Position numbers and translations under genes: made by a program. Below the pieces are notes generated by a model that did not search any database, was not told the DNA's origin, and saw nothing but the letters and a program-made list of their open reading frames with translations. A stretch of 64,000 nucleotides of DNA from Centroscyllium fabricii (lineage: Eukaryota), in the NCBI GenBank assembly GCA_051313645.2, contig JBNRSN020000002.1:577220001-577284000 (forward strand). Direction: 5' to 3'. Shown one piece after another: positions 48,434-60,464 of the stretch; position 1 is the first letter of the stretch; each line of letters starts with the position of its first letter.

Positions 48434-48796
48434 GTAAGACTCTCTTTTATATACAAAGCTGCGTAGAATTACCATTTTGTTTTAACAATGACCATTGAAT
48501 ATCCACATCAGTGGGATTGCAGCTGTGTACAGTGACGCCACTATTCCCAGCCAGAATGGAGATGATTGGGTCATTGCCTCGTCAACCCCGCCTGGAGACC
48601 GCATTGCTGTCAGTGATTGGGATTGATTTTACGCACCTAATTTGTATACAACTATCCTCCATTCGCTGCATTTCGCTGGAGAAATAATCCTGCTTTTATC
48701 AGGAGAAGTTGCTGCAGTTTCTGTCATGAGTTTTGTTTGCGGTAAGTCCGTAGAGACTCTTATGTTTGCCGTAAGTCCCACCCTGCTTCCAACTCA

Positions 48797-50710
48797 TTGG
48801 CTGACCCAGGTGTCAGTAGACACTCTGACCATTGACTGACCCAGGTGTCGGTAAACACTCTGACCATTGACTGACAGGTGTCGGTAAACACTCTGACCAT
48901 TGACTGACAGGTGTCAGTAGACACTCTGACCATTGACTGACAGGTGTCAGTAGACACTCTGACCATTGACTGACCCAGGTGTCAGTAGACACTCTGACCA
49001 TTGACTGACCCAGGTGTCAGTAGACACTCTGACCATTGACTGACACAGGTGTCGGTAGACACCCTGACCATTGACAGACACAGGTGTCAGTAGACACTCT
49101 GACCATTGACTGACACAGGTGTCGGTAGACACCCTGACCATTGGCTGACACAGGTGTCAGTAGACACTCTGACCATTGACTGACCCAGGTGTCGGTAAAC
49201 ACTCTGACCATTGACTGACACAGGTGTCGGTAGACACTCTGACCATTGGCTGACCCAGGTGCAGGTAGACACTCTGACCATTGACTGACACAAGTGTCGA
49301 TGGACACTCTGACCATAGGCTGACACAGGTGTCGGTAGACACTCTGACCATTGACTGACCCAGGTGTCGGTAGACACTCTGACCATTGGCTGACACAGGT
49401 GTCGGTAGACACTCTGACCATTGGCTGACACAGGTGTCGGTAGACACACTGACCATTGACTGACCCAGGTGTTGGTAGACACTCTGACCATTGACTGACC
49501 CAGGTGCAGGTAGACACTCTGACCATTGACTGACCCGGGTGCAGGTAGACACTCTGACCATTGACTGACATGGGTGTCGGTAGACACTCTGACCATTGAC
49601 TGACCCAGGTGTCGGTAGACACTCTGACCATTGGCTGACACGGGTGTCGGTAGACACTCTGACCATTGACTGACCCAGGTGTCGGTAGACACTCTGACCA
49701 TTGGCTGACACAGGTGTTGGTAGACACTCTGACCATTGGCTGACACGGGTGTCGGTAGACACTCTGACCATTGACTGACCCAGGTGTCGGTAGACACTCT
49801 GACCATTGGCTGACACAGGTGTCGGTTGACACTCTGACCATTGACTGACACGGGTGTCGGTAGACACTCTGACCATTGGCTGACACGGGTGTCGGTAGAC
49901 ACTCTGACCATTGACTGACACAGGTGTCGGTAGACACTCTGACCATTGACTGACACGGGTGTCGGTAGACACTCTGACCATTGACTGACACGGGTGTCGG
50001 TAGACACACTGACCATTGACTGACACGGGTGTCGGTAGACACACTGACCATTGACTGACACGGGTGTCGGTAGACACTCTGACCATTGGCTGACACGGGT
50101 GTCGGTAGACACTTTGACCATTGACTGGCACAGGTGTCGGTAGACACCCTGACCATTGACTGACACGGGTGTCGGTAGACACTCTGACCATTGGCTGACA
50201 CGGGTGTCGGTAGACACTCTGACCATTGGCTGACACGGGTGTCGGTAGACACTCTGACCATTGGCTGACGCGGGTGTCGGTAGACACTCTGACCATTGGC
50301 TGACACGGGTGTCGGTAGACACTCTGACCATTGGCTGACACGGGTGTCGGTAGACACTCTGACCATTGGCTGACACGGGTGTCGGTAGACACTCTGACCA
50401 TTGACTGACACGGGTGTCGGTAGACACTCTGACCATTGACTGACCCAGGTGTCGGTCGACACTCTGACCATTGGCTGACACAAGTGCTCTGACCATTGGC
50501 TGACACGGGTGTAGGTAGAGACTCTGACCATTGGCTGACACGGGTGTAGGTAGAGACTCTGACCATTGGCTGACACGGGTGTAGGTAGACACTCTGACCA
50601 TTGACTGACACAAGTGTCGATGGACACTCTGACCATTGACTGACACAGGTGTAGGTAGACACCCTGACCATTGGCTGACACGGGTGTAGGTAGACACTCT
50701 GACCATTGGC
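48797..50710. repeat. 35-bp minisatellite, ~54 units (ctgaccattgRctgacacgggtgtcggtagacact)
   Basis: Direct tandem periodicity of 35 bp. Confidence 0.98.
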
Positions 50711-50742
50711 TTGGTTTGCTGATCAGTATTTTCTACTTGCAG

Positions 50743-50859
50743 GCAGCAGAATGTGCTGGCAAACTGTTTATATTCCATTCATCCCTGCCTCTCGCTGAAG
50801 CACCTGGAAAGCTGAAGAATAGAGATGACAAGAAGCTTATTAACACAGACAAAGAAAAG
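50743..50859 (+). CDS. SEC24C: SEC24C coding exon 14
   Basis: cttgcag| [39 protein letters not shown] |gtagga. Confidence 0.96.
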
Positions 50860-50949
50860 GTAGGATAGTCAAGATGCCTTTTCCATAATTTGCAATTTAT
50901 TATTTGCAAGGTATTTGAAAAATGAAGCACTTTGAGTAAAAAAAAATTT

Positions 50950-51280
50950 TAAGCGTTCTCTGGGTGTGGGTGAAGCGGGCAGTGCCACATTTACTGCCCA
51001 TCCCTAGCTGTCCTGATGGCATTAAGAGTCAACCATGTAAAGTGGGACTGGAGCCATGTGTTGGCCAGACCAGGTAGAGGGTGGCTGCTTCCCTTCCTGG
51101 AAGGGTGTTGGTGACCCTGTTGGGTTTTTACGACAATCCAACACCTTTCACGGTCATTTTATCTGATGCTAGCCCACAAATCACCAGATTTAAGAAATTG
51201 AATTTCCCAATTTGCCACGGTGGGATTTAAATTCTCAACCCCAGGATTGTTAGTCCAGTACCATAACCACGAGGCTGCCA
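50950..51280 (-). mobile_element. Third-family SINE, degenerate
   Basis: Similar to 15255-15685 and 60465-60890. Confidence 0.65.
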
Positions 51281-51837
51281 TACCTGTCATAACCTCGGTT
51301 TTCTACACAGGAGCAGTTTAAGTCTGCAGGACGTGATCCTGTGTCTGTGCTGAGCCATTGCAGAAAGTCAGCGAGTGATGTGGGTCAGTGCGAAGAGGAA
51401 AAGCTTTGCGAACCAATGGGTGAAGGGAAGCGGGAGTGGAGACCCCAGAAAGAATGGGAGGGAGGGAATGTGGATGAAGGTCACAGAAGAATGGGCGATT
51501 TAGAAGGGGAAAAAAACAACTCGCAAGAAGCATTTCTTGTGGGAATTGTGTGCGTTTTTAAAACAAAATGACTGGTTAGAGAATCGTGTCCCCTTAACCA
51601 ATTTGAATGCTTCAACATTCAAGTCAACTGGAGCAGCTTTTAATGCATGAACCGTGGAAAGTAATGTCCGACTAAGAGGCAATCCGCTGCAAATAAAACA
51701 CTGATACTGTGTTCATATGCGATGTACAGAGGCTTATCAAGTGTACCTTGATTATTTCTCTCCCTCCCTCCCCCTGTCTCTCTCGCCTCTCTCTTTCTTT
51801 CTCTCTCTCTATTAAATGTATACATTTGTTTTTGCAG

Positions 51838-52008
51838 GTTCTGTTCCAACCTCAGACTAGCTTTTACAATAACCTGGCCAAGGAGTGTGTTGCACAAGGC
51901 TGCTGTGTGGATCTCTTCCTATTCCCCAATCAGTACGTTGATGTGGCTACTTTAGGGCTGGTTACTTACCAGACCGGGGGTTCCATTTACAAGTACACCT
52001 ATTTCCAG
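51838..52008 (+). CDS. SEC24C: SEC24C coding exon 15
   Basis: tttgcag| [39 protein letters not shown]...YKYTYFQ |gtaatg. Confidence 0.96.
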
Positions 52009-52147
52009 GTAATGTTTGTAATTTGTGCCATTGCAGTAGCTACACAGGAATTTCACAACTGTCCTTCAGAGGTTTAACTTAGACCTGCCTCCTCCTATGC
52101 ACAAATATCGGACTTTTTGACGATTCTTTCAGAGCTGTTATCGAGGA

Positions 52148-53075
52148 AAGTTCAACTTCAAGTTTATTGTCACATGTACTAAATGCAATCTAGACAGTGA
52201 AATGCTTACTGCTATCCGAATGCACCGTGCAACAAGGACATTAAGCTGCCCGGCACGCACGAGCCCGCAAGACGTCAGACATTCTCCGGCGCCATCATCG
52301 TGGGTCCTGATCCTGCTACGGCCTCTCAGTACGATGTTAATTGTCCTCCGTTAACTTGCTCTGCTGCTGTTTCTTCCATGGTTACTCTTCACATGACTCC
52401 TTTCTGTCCGACACCATTCCGGCTCCCCCGAATCCACGGAGCTCCGAACTCCGGGTGCAGCATCCTGAGGCCTGGGGCCTAGCTTTTGTCCAAGCACCAT
52501 TCCGACTCCCCCGAGCTCCGGACCAAGGCCTGGGGCCTAGCCTGGCTCTCCTCCAGGTGCCCAATCTCGGCTCCTCCAGACCAAGGCCTGGGGCCTAGCC
52601 TGGCTCTCCTCCAGGTGCCCAATCCCGGCTCCTCCAGACCAAGGCCTGGGGCCTAGCCTGGCTCTCCTCCAGGTGCCCAATCCCGGCTCCTCCGGACCAA
52701 GGCCTGGGGCCGAGCCTGGCTCTCCTCCAGGTGCCCAATCCAGGCTCCCTCGAGCTTCGGACCAAGTCCTGGGGCCTAGCTCTCCTCCGGGCGCCCAATA
52801 CAGGCTCCCCAGATCTCCGAGCCAAGGCCATCCCGACTCCCTGGAGGTCCAAACTCCGGACCGAGGCCTGGGGCCTAGCATGCGGCCCGGCGCCCATCCC
52901 GGCTCCCCGAGTCCTCCGAGCTCACTCCCGATGGCCGATCGGCGCCCCGCATCTTACCGGGCTCCCTCCCGGCGTTGCTGATGTCGGATGGCGGCCGATT
53001 TAAGTAAATTAACTTCACGTAGAGGTGTGGCCGCCATGAATGGCGACCGCTCCAGCCAGGACTGGAACCGGAAAT
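52148..53075 (-). mobile_element. Non-autonomous element with a Rex1-like tail, GC-rich body and internal 58-bp repeats
   Basis: Minus-strand end gacaataaacttgaagttgaac resembles the Rex1 tail at ~33810-33833; 58-bp tandem units ~52520-52760. Confidence 0.55.
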
Positions 53076-53294
53076 GTGCATTCTTCATGTAACAAGGAAT
53101 GTTTTCTCACATCTCCCATTTATAGTTAACTGGTTAAAGGGCAGTGATTTTTGAGCTGTGTCACTTAGAATGAATTGCTACAATAAAAAGTGATTTTAAA
53201 ATAGATTTTTCTTTTGAATTGATTTTAAAAGTCACTGTCATTTCTCTGTTTGGAGACTAAATGGTGGCCTCCTCCGATTGTGATTCAGAAGGTA

Positions 53295-53569
53295 GATACA
53301 TAGATACATAGAAAATAGGTGCAGGAGTAGACCATTCGGCCCTTCGAGCCTGCACCGCCATTCAACACGTTCATGGCTGAACATGCTACCTCAGTACCCC
53401 GTTCCTGCTTTCTCGCCATATCCCTTGATCCCCCTAGTTGTAAGTATTACATCTAACTCCCTTTTGAATATATTTAGCGAACTGGCCTCAACAACTTTCT
53501 GTGGTAGGGAATTCCACAGGTTCACCACTCTCTGGGTGAAGAAGTTTCTCCTCATCTCAGTCCTGAATG
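53295..53569 (-). mobile_element. CR1 3' fragment (subfamily of 39935-43997)
   Basis: Near-identical to the reverse of 43730-43997. Confidence 0.9.
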
Positions 53570-53821
53570 TCCAGATTCCTTGTGCATACGGAGTGCAGGT
53601 CACGCCTCTCGTATTGCTGGTCACTGCGGTCGGAGTAAGCAGCTGTGGGAAGCTTCCATTTCAAATAAAGTAAGCTGATACTGCAAACTTCTGAAAGTGT
53701 CCCACCCTGGGGAAGTTGGAAGTGGACTCGAGGCCCCAGTACCCCAGTGAGCAGTTTCTGATGATCTTGGCGGTTACATCAGGGAGGTGTGATGAGCAAC
53801 AGAGCAGGAAGAAGGTTCCCG

Positions 53822-54345
53822 TTTTTTTTAATCCATTGATGGGATGTGGGCGTCGCTGGCTGGCTAGGCCTGCATTTAGTGCCCATCCCTAATTGCCCTT
53901 GAGAAGATGGTGGTGAGCCACCTTCTTGAACCGCTGCAGTCCATATGGTGTAGGTACACCCACAATGTTGTTAGGAAGGGAGTTCCAGGATTTTGGCCCA
54001 GCGACAGTGAAGGAGCGGCTATACAGGTCCAAGTCAGGATGGTGTTTGGCTTGGAGGGGAACTTGTAGGAGGTGCTGTTCCCATGCGTCTGCTGCCCTTG
54101 TCCTTCTAAGTGGTAGAGGTCGCGGGTTTGGAAGGTGCTGTTGAAGGAGCTTTGGCGAGTTGCTGCAGTGCATCTTGTAGATGGTACGCACTGCAGCCAC
54201 AGTGCGCCGGTGGTGGAGGGAGTTAATGTTGAAGGTGGTGGATGGAGTGCCAATCAAGCGGCCTGCTTTATCCTGAATGGTGTCGAGCTTCTTGAGTGTT
54301 GTTGGAGCTGCACTCATCCAGGCAAGTGGAGAGTATTCCATCACA
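53822..54345 (-). mobile_element. 3' fragment of the second LINE lineage
   Basis: Near-identical to 36640-37135. Confidence 0.92.
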
Positions 54346-54410
54346 CATCCCGATGATCGGAGAGTCCAGAACCAGGGGTCATAGTCTTAGGATAAGGGGT
54401 AAGCCATTTA

Positions 54411-54818
54411 CATAGAAACATAGAAGATAGGAGCAGGAGTAGGCCATTTGGCCCTTCGAGCCTGCTCCGCCATTCAATGAGATCATGGCTGATCATCCAA
54501 ACCCAGCACCCCGCCCCTGCCCTCTCCCCTCTCCCCATATCCCTCGATCCCTATCGAGCCTGCACCGAGACACATCCCACCCGATCCCCGTAACCCCACA
54601 TATTTAATCCCCCTAACACTAAGGGCCAATTTATCATGGCCAATCAACCTAACCCGCACATCTTTGGACTGGGAGGAAACCGGAGCACCCGGAGGAAACC
54701 CACGCAGACACGGGGAGAATGTGCAAACTCCACACAGATAGTACCCGAGGCTGGAATTGAACCCGGGTCTCCAGTGCTGTGAGGCAACAGTGCTAACCAC
54801 TATGCCACCGTGCCGCCC
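54411..54818 (-). mobile_element. V-SINE (HE1-like) with CR1-derived tail
   Basis: Full head, V-domain and tail. Confidence 0.92.
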
Positions 54819-55297
54819 GGTATGTGTGCTTTCTTGGCTGGAGATGGCGTGTGGTGCAAAGAGATGAATAAATAAGGGATAGGGAGGGGGAAAGTGTCGG
54901 AGCATTATCATAAATATGTGCTGACATAGTTACCGAGAGCAAGACTCTAATGAGGTTTTACATTTCCTAGAGCATACATCCAGAATTGCCTGTACTGTTG
55001 ATGTGGGAATTGCCGTCTATAACTTCTTTCTGAGCCACAGATTGTATCTGCCCATGAACGCTTTAAAGCCATTACTTGACCAAAGTGCAAGATAATAGTG
55101 AAACTGAATCCCGTAGAGTAGCTATCAGAGCCTCCTTAAAAATGAGGAAAAGCCTATAAAAAAATTCTAAACATTGCTCCACACACAGTATCAACATTTT
55201 TTGTTGAAAAAAATATTGTAAGTACCTTATTAACTGGCAGAGCAGGCTCGAGGGGCCAAATGGCCGACTGCTGTTGTGGGTTCAAGTCCTACTCCAG

Positions 55298-55562
55298 AGG
55301 ACAGAGATGAGGAGGAATTTCTTCACCCAGAGAGTGGTGAACCTGTGGAATGTTCTACCACAGAATGTAGTTGAGGCCAAGTCATTAATATATTCAAGAA
55401 GGAGTTAGATATATTTCTTGGAGCTAAAGGTATCAAGGGCTATGGGGCGAAGGCAGGGACAGGGTACTGAGTTTGGATGATCAGCCATGATCTCATTGAA
55501 TGGCAGAGCAGGCTTGAGGGGCCGAATGGCCAACTCCTGCTCCTATCTTCTATGTTTCTATG
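55298..55562 (+). mobile_element. CR1 3' fragment
   Basis: ggacagagatgaggaggaatttcttcacccagagagtgg... plus tail. Confidence 0.9.
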
Positions 55563-57226
55563 TAACTACTTTCCAGAAAAAAGCACGACTGGGGACTGTG
55601 TTGCTCAGACTGCTCTTGCACACTTAATTGATGCCACAAATTGTCTGCTCTCTTGGTGTGTGGAGGAGAGGGAATTTGTAGCCACAATCTTGGTAATGAG
55701 CTGCCCATGAGGGAGCAAGAAAATTTGGCTGAGACTGGACAACTATGAGCAATGGGGTGAGGATCTGTCCGGCCACCCATCCCGCCTGGATGCCATTGGT
55801 GGCAACCTTGACGAAGTCTGGCCTGGACCATCACACCTTGCAGCCAGTGCGGTTTACCATTGGTACAAGAGGTAGAGGATTGCTGGGGAAGAGGCAACAC
55901 CACTGGTGATTAATAAGAGAAGAGTTATGGGACGATTTTGGATTTTGGTTGTACCTTTTAGTAATGTGAGGTACTCATTTGTCCTGCTTTCAACTAGTAT
56001 TCTAATATTACACACAGGTGAGATTTTGGCAAACAGCTGTTCATGTTGTACAAAAAATGTACTGTTTTATGGCCTCATATCCTTATTTAGCAACAGCTTT
56101 TCATAAAGTTGATATAATTTTCCTTGTGAGCAAATGAATACAATTACGATCAATCATTAAACATGGTTGGTTTGTATCCATAAGTTGCTGGGTAAAAGTT
56201 GTCGTTTATGTGCAGCAGAGTTTAAAAGTTGCCCCTGATGTAGTGAAGGACTCGGTTTGTGCAGATGGGCCCATGACATCACTTCTTAAAATCCATGACA
56301 TCATTTCCTCAGTAACTGGCCCATAATGCTCTGACAAGAGTTATATAGAACTACTGACAAATATAATTAAAAAATTCAAAAATTACTTATCACAGGGCTG
56401 ACTTTCATTAATCGTGTGTTTATGGAAGACAGTTTGCAGCAGCAGAAGTATAATTAGGGTTACAGATTTACTTCCAACTGGTTGCTAAAACGGCTTTGTA
56501 AGTAAGCCTTGTTTTCAATCAAACATTGCATCTTTTTGAATGTTGCAATTAATGATTTAGCATTCACTTTATAAAAATAAAATAAAAAAGAGAATGAATT
56601 AACTCTCATTATATTGCTCTCTAAATATTGCAGGAGTTGAGCATCCCATGAGTTGGGAGCTTGAATGTTTAAGTGTCTGGTTTAAGGAGATGTAAAATAA
56701 CATCAGACTATTTGGATATACTGTAGCTTCTTTCTCCCACCAAAGCCTCCTCCCAAGAAGACTATTTTTGCAAACACATCCCTCACAATTAGTATTCTGC
56801 AATGACTTGCATGAAATGATCTGCTTGGGTCATATCTTGGGGGTTGAGGTTTTAGCCCCAAGGCCTGAAGGTGTAATATGGACTTTGGTGGCATTGGAAA
56901 ATACACTACTTGAGGACCCAGCTGTTTGACTCATAGTGCGTAGCAATCTGCAGTACTCGACTGGAGGAGAGTTGTCTGCAAGTAGTTAACTTGGATTAGG
57001 TTCGGTTGTCAATTTCTGATTCCTGTCCTCTTGAGGAAAAAATATAGTTGACTTCATTCCTTAAAGCTCTTAATTTTTACATCAACATTTTGGCCCTCTG
57101 AAGGCGCTTGCAATTTTATGGCTTATTCCAAGAGAACTGTTCAAACTAAAGAGCTTGCTCCTTTAGAGGGGAAAGTAGCCTTTACCTTGGCATGCAGATT
57201 TTAAAGTGCTATTTGTTTCTTTCCAG

Positions 57227-57323
57227 GCACAGGCGGATGGGGAGCGCTTCCTAAATGACCTACACAGGGATGTTCGAAAAGTGATCGGGTTTGATTCTGT
57301 GATGCGGGTGCGCACAAGCACGG
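57227..57323 (+). CDS. SEC24C: SEC24C coding exon 16
   Basis: ttccag| AQADGERFLNDLHRDVRKVIGFDSVMRVRTST |gtatgt. Confidence 0.96.
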
Positions 57324-57413
57324 GTATGTTACTTCATGAACGGCTGGCGTTTTTAACAATCTCATTGAAAATATCGTGTGACCAGACTTGTAGTCCATAT
57401 CGTACAATTTCAA

Positions 57414-57589
57414 GAAGTCGCACAACACCAGGTTATAGTCCAACAGTTTTATTTGAAATCACAAGCTTTCGGAACGCTGCTCCTTCATCAGCTTGTGATT
57501 TCAAATAAAACTGTTGGACTATAACCTGGTGTTGTGTGACTTCTTGCATTTGCCCACCCCAGTCCAACACCGGCACCTCCACATCATGG
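57414..57589. mobile_element. Penelope-like palindromic insertion with a minus-strand hammerhead motif
   Basis: TSD GTACAATTTCAA (57402-57413, 57590-57601); CTGATGA-A-GGAGC-agc-GTTCC-GAAAGCTT on - strand. Confidence 0.75.
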
Positions 57590-57678
57590 GTACAATTTCA
57601 ACACAGCTTTCGACCTGTGAACAGCCTTTGATCTTTGTACCTATGCTGTAATTGTTTCTCATGGGCTGCACTTTCATA

Positions 57679-57929
57679 ACATAAGAAATAGGAGCAGGTG
57701 TCGGCCAGTCGGCCCCTCCAGCCTGCTCCGCCATTCAATAAGATCATGGCTGATCTGATCCTAACCTCAAGTTTACTTCTACTCTCCATCCCGCCCAAAC
57801 CCATGTGATCACCCGGAAGAGGCGAAAAACCAGATAAAAAACCCAGTGGCCAATTTGGGAGAAACAATCTGGGAAATTCCTCTCCGACCCATCTAGGCGA
57901 TCGAAAACTGGTCCAGGAGATCACATGGC
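57679..57929 (-). mobile_element. CR1 extended 3' UTR only
   Basis: Reverse of 1104-1355. Confidence 0.9.
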
Positions 57930-58151
57930 CTCAATCACTGACTTGTTTTCGTGTCCTGCACGTGTATATGCAAAGCTCAATCTTCACATTATTATTTTTA
58001 TCCGGCGCTGTGCACTTCCATCATATCTTGGGTGCGATTTAGTTGCATTGAATACCAACAGACTTGTTAATCAGTGACTAAGTGGAGATTGCATTAATTG
58101 AAAATGATTCAAAATAAACTTTGACCACACAGAGCACTAATCTACGATATA

Positions 58152-58738
58152 CAGGTACACAACCCTTTATCCGAAAACCTCGGGACCGGGCGGGTTTCGG
58201 TTTTCGGATAAATACGGTTTTTAGGGTTGGCCCCAGTGCACATGTGCAGATCGCTTGCGCATGCACATTGCCGTGTTTGCGGCCCAGCTCGCGGTCGGGG
58301 AACAGCATATCGGCCGTTTGCAGGGGGAGGCCGGCCGTTTGCAGGGGGAGGCCGGCCGTTTGCAGGGGGAGGCCGGCCGTTTGCAGGGGGAGGCCGGTCG
58401 TTTGCAGGGGGAGGCCGGCCGTTTGAAACATAGAAGATAGAAGCAGGAGTAGGCCATTCGGCCCATCGAGCCTGCTCCGCCATTCAATGAGATCATGGCT
58501 GATCATCCAAACCCAGTACCCTGTCCCTGCCTTGTCCCCATATCCCTCGATCCCTATCGAGCCAGGGGGAGGCCGGCTGTTTTTTTCCTCAGCACGGCAT
58601 CAACAGCACGAGATCGGGGTAGGAACGTGTTTTTTCTGCTGCAGCTTAAATCATTTTTTTCTTAAATAAATTGAAGAAAAACGTCGGTTTTTGGAGCTTT
58701 TCGGTTTTTGGAGTTGCGGATAAGGGATTGTGAACCTG
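58152..58738. mobile_element. Tigger4/MER46-like MITE with an internal 21-bp repeat and nested SINE tail (58426-58562)
   Basis: TA|CAGGTACACAACCCTTTATCCG ... CGGATAAGGGATTGTGAACCTG|TA; (ggccgtttgcagggggaggcc) ~5 units. Confidence 0.88.
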
Positions 58739-59276
58739 TACTGATGATGAGAACCTTGTGTTACCCAGCGTTGATGCAGCTTTAATCTGATAGCATTTAC
58801 GTCAGATTATTCTTAAGTATTAAAACTTTGATTTGGATGTCAATCAGACCTATTTGCTGTTTTAATATCCAGCTTTATTTGAAACATGCACTCATTGCTA
58901 AATGCTCATTTCCTCTTGTTGCAATTTTTGGCATCACTTTTTGTGTCAATATTGTAGATACCTGTGTAATCAGCGAAAATGGGAATTCCCTGTGTAAACA
59001 GCCTCATTGACTCACATTGCAGGTTGAGGCCACTCGATGCATTTTAACTCCCTGGATCCCTGTGAGTGATGTCATGGAACATATGCTAGTTTTTTTTTTA
59101 TGTATTCGTGTAAAAGGATAGTTTGCCGACAGAAATAACCTTAAAATTTAATTTGTTACATCTGTGATCACAGAACCTTGTTGAAAAAGACAGCCTGTTT
59201 CGAAATGATTCATGTTGGAAAATTTGGCTTTGCCTTTAATCATGGTAATAATGTCAAAACTCTGCTTTTGTTCCAG

Positions 59277-59422
59277 GGATTCGAGCAACTGATTTCTTTG
59301 GCTCATTCTATATGAGCAACACAACAGATGTGGAGCTGGCTGCGTTAGACTGTGATAAAACTATCACTGTGGAGTTCAAACATGACGATAAGTTGAATGA
59401 AGATACTGGAGCTCAAATTCAG
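59277..59422 (+). CDS. SEC24C: SEC24C coding exon 17
   Basis: ttccag| [48 protein letters not shown] |gtgaga. Confidence 0.96.
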
Positions 59423-59965
59423 GTGAGAAAATGCCATAAAACCGCTTTCAATTTGAAGCAATTTTTCTAATCCATCTATAAATATTTTTAGAAAAGTAGG
59501 GAGATTTTTGAGTTTAGTGTGCTGCCAGTTTGTGTTCTCCTTTTTGCTCATGCCACTCGCCATTCCTTTGTGGGGGCAAGTATCAAATTCTCTGGCGCAG
59601 CCACTTCAATATTCCTCTCCCTTGTCTGGAATTATGAAGCCTCAACCATCCTCTGACTACCTGGCTGAGATTGGGTGCCCTCCACGTGGAAGTGAGCACA
59701 GGCCGTATCCTTCCACAGCGTGCTGCTTCAGAGAACCAGCGCTCTCGCTTAAGATGGCTGCCTTGCGATGACCTTGTACTGGTGTGACACTCCTGTACAG
59801 GCGTATGTTGGCAGCAGTCTGTCACTAATCTTAATTCTTTGTTTAAGGCATTTGGGTACACTTTGCTTTCGGTCACAGATTGGCATCTGTTTTACAAGTA
59901 AGGGATCACAAGATAGATACAGATGGGGAAGGCTATTCAGATCATATTAACCAATCCATCTAGAG

Positions 59966-60259
59966 CAGCGGTCCCCAACCTTTTTTGCACCACGGACCAG
60001 TTTCATGCAGGACAATTTTTCCACGGACCGGGGGGGAAGAATTAGCTTGTGGGCTTAATTTATCGGTGCATGGAAAAAAACTGCGACTGAGACAAGTGCG
60101 GAAAAGAGGCACAGACGGAAGTGGTAATTTTTCAAAATAAAACACCCTGCAGACTGCGATAGTCAATAAAATGGAAATAAAATAAAAATTAAAACGTTTT
60201 TATTCTTTCTGTGCGGCCCGGTACCAAATGATCCACGGCCCGGTAATTGGGGACCCCTG
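59966..60259. mobile_element. hAT-Charlie (MER1-like) MITE
   Basis: Perfect 8-bp TSD ATCTAGAG (59958-59965, 60260-60267); TIR CAGCGGTCCCCAA / TTGGGGACCCCTG. Confidence 0.93.
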
Positions 60260-60464
60260 ATCTAGAGAGATACTACAGACCCTTGGTTATTTCAAGACTG
60301 TTTCTTAAAATAGTTCCTGGGTTTCACCTCCATTACTTTAGCTGGAAGTCCATTCCATGTATTTGCCCTTTGTTGGTATGAATCTGTGATCTTGGTCTTA
60401 CGGTCGCTGTTTAGTCATGATCCAGATCGGGTTTTTTGACACTATTTGCAGTCTAATTATTTTT

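Noticed and set aside
49017-50778. Three ORFs over 500 aa on the minus strand; CRISPR-like regularity
   Set aside because: Translations of a 35-bp tandem repeat; there are no unique spacers, so it is not a CRISPR array.
58744-58792. Possible C/D snoRNA (ATGATGA...CTGA)
   Set aside because: Boxes are only ~45 nt apart, with no convincing terminal stem or recognisable guide.
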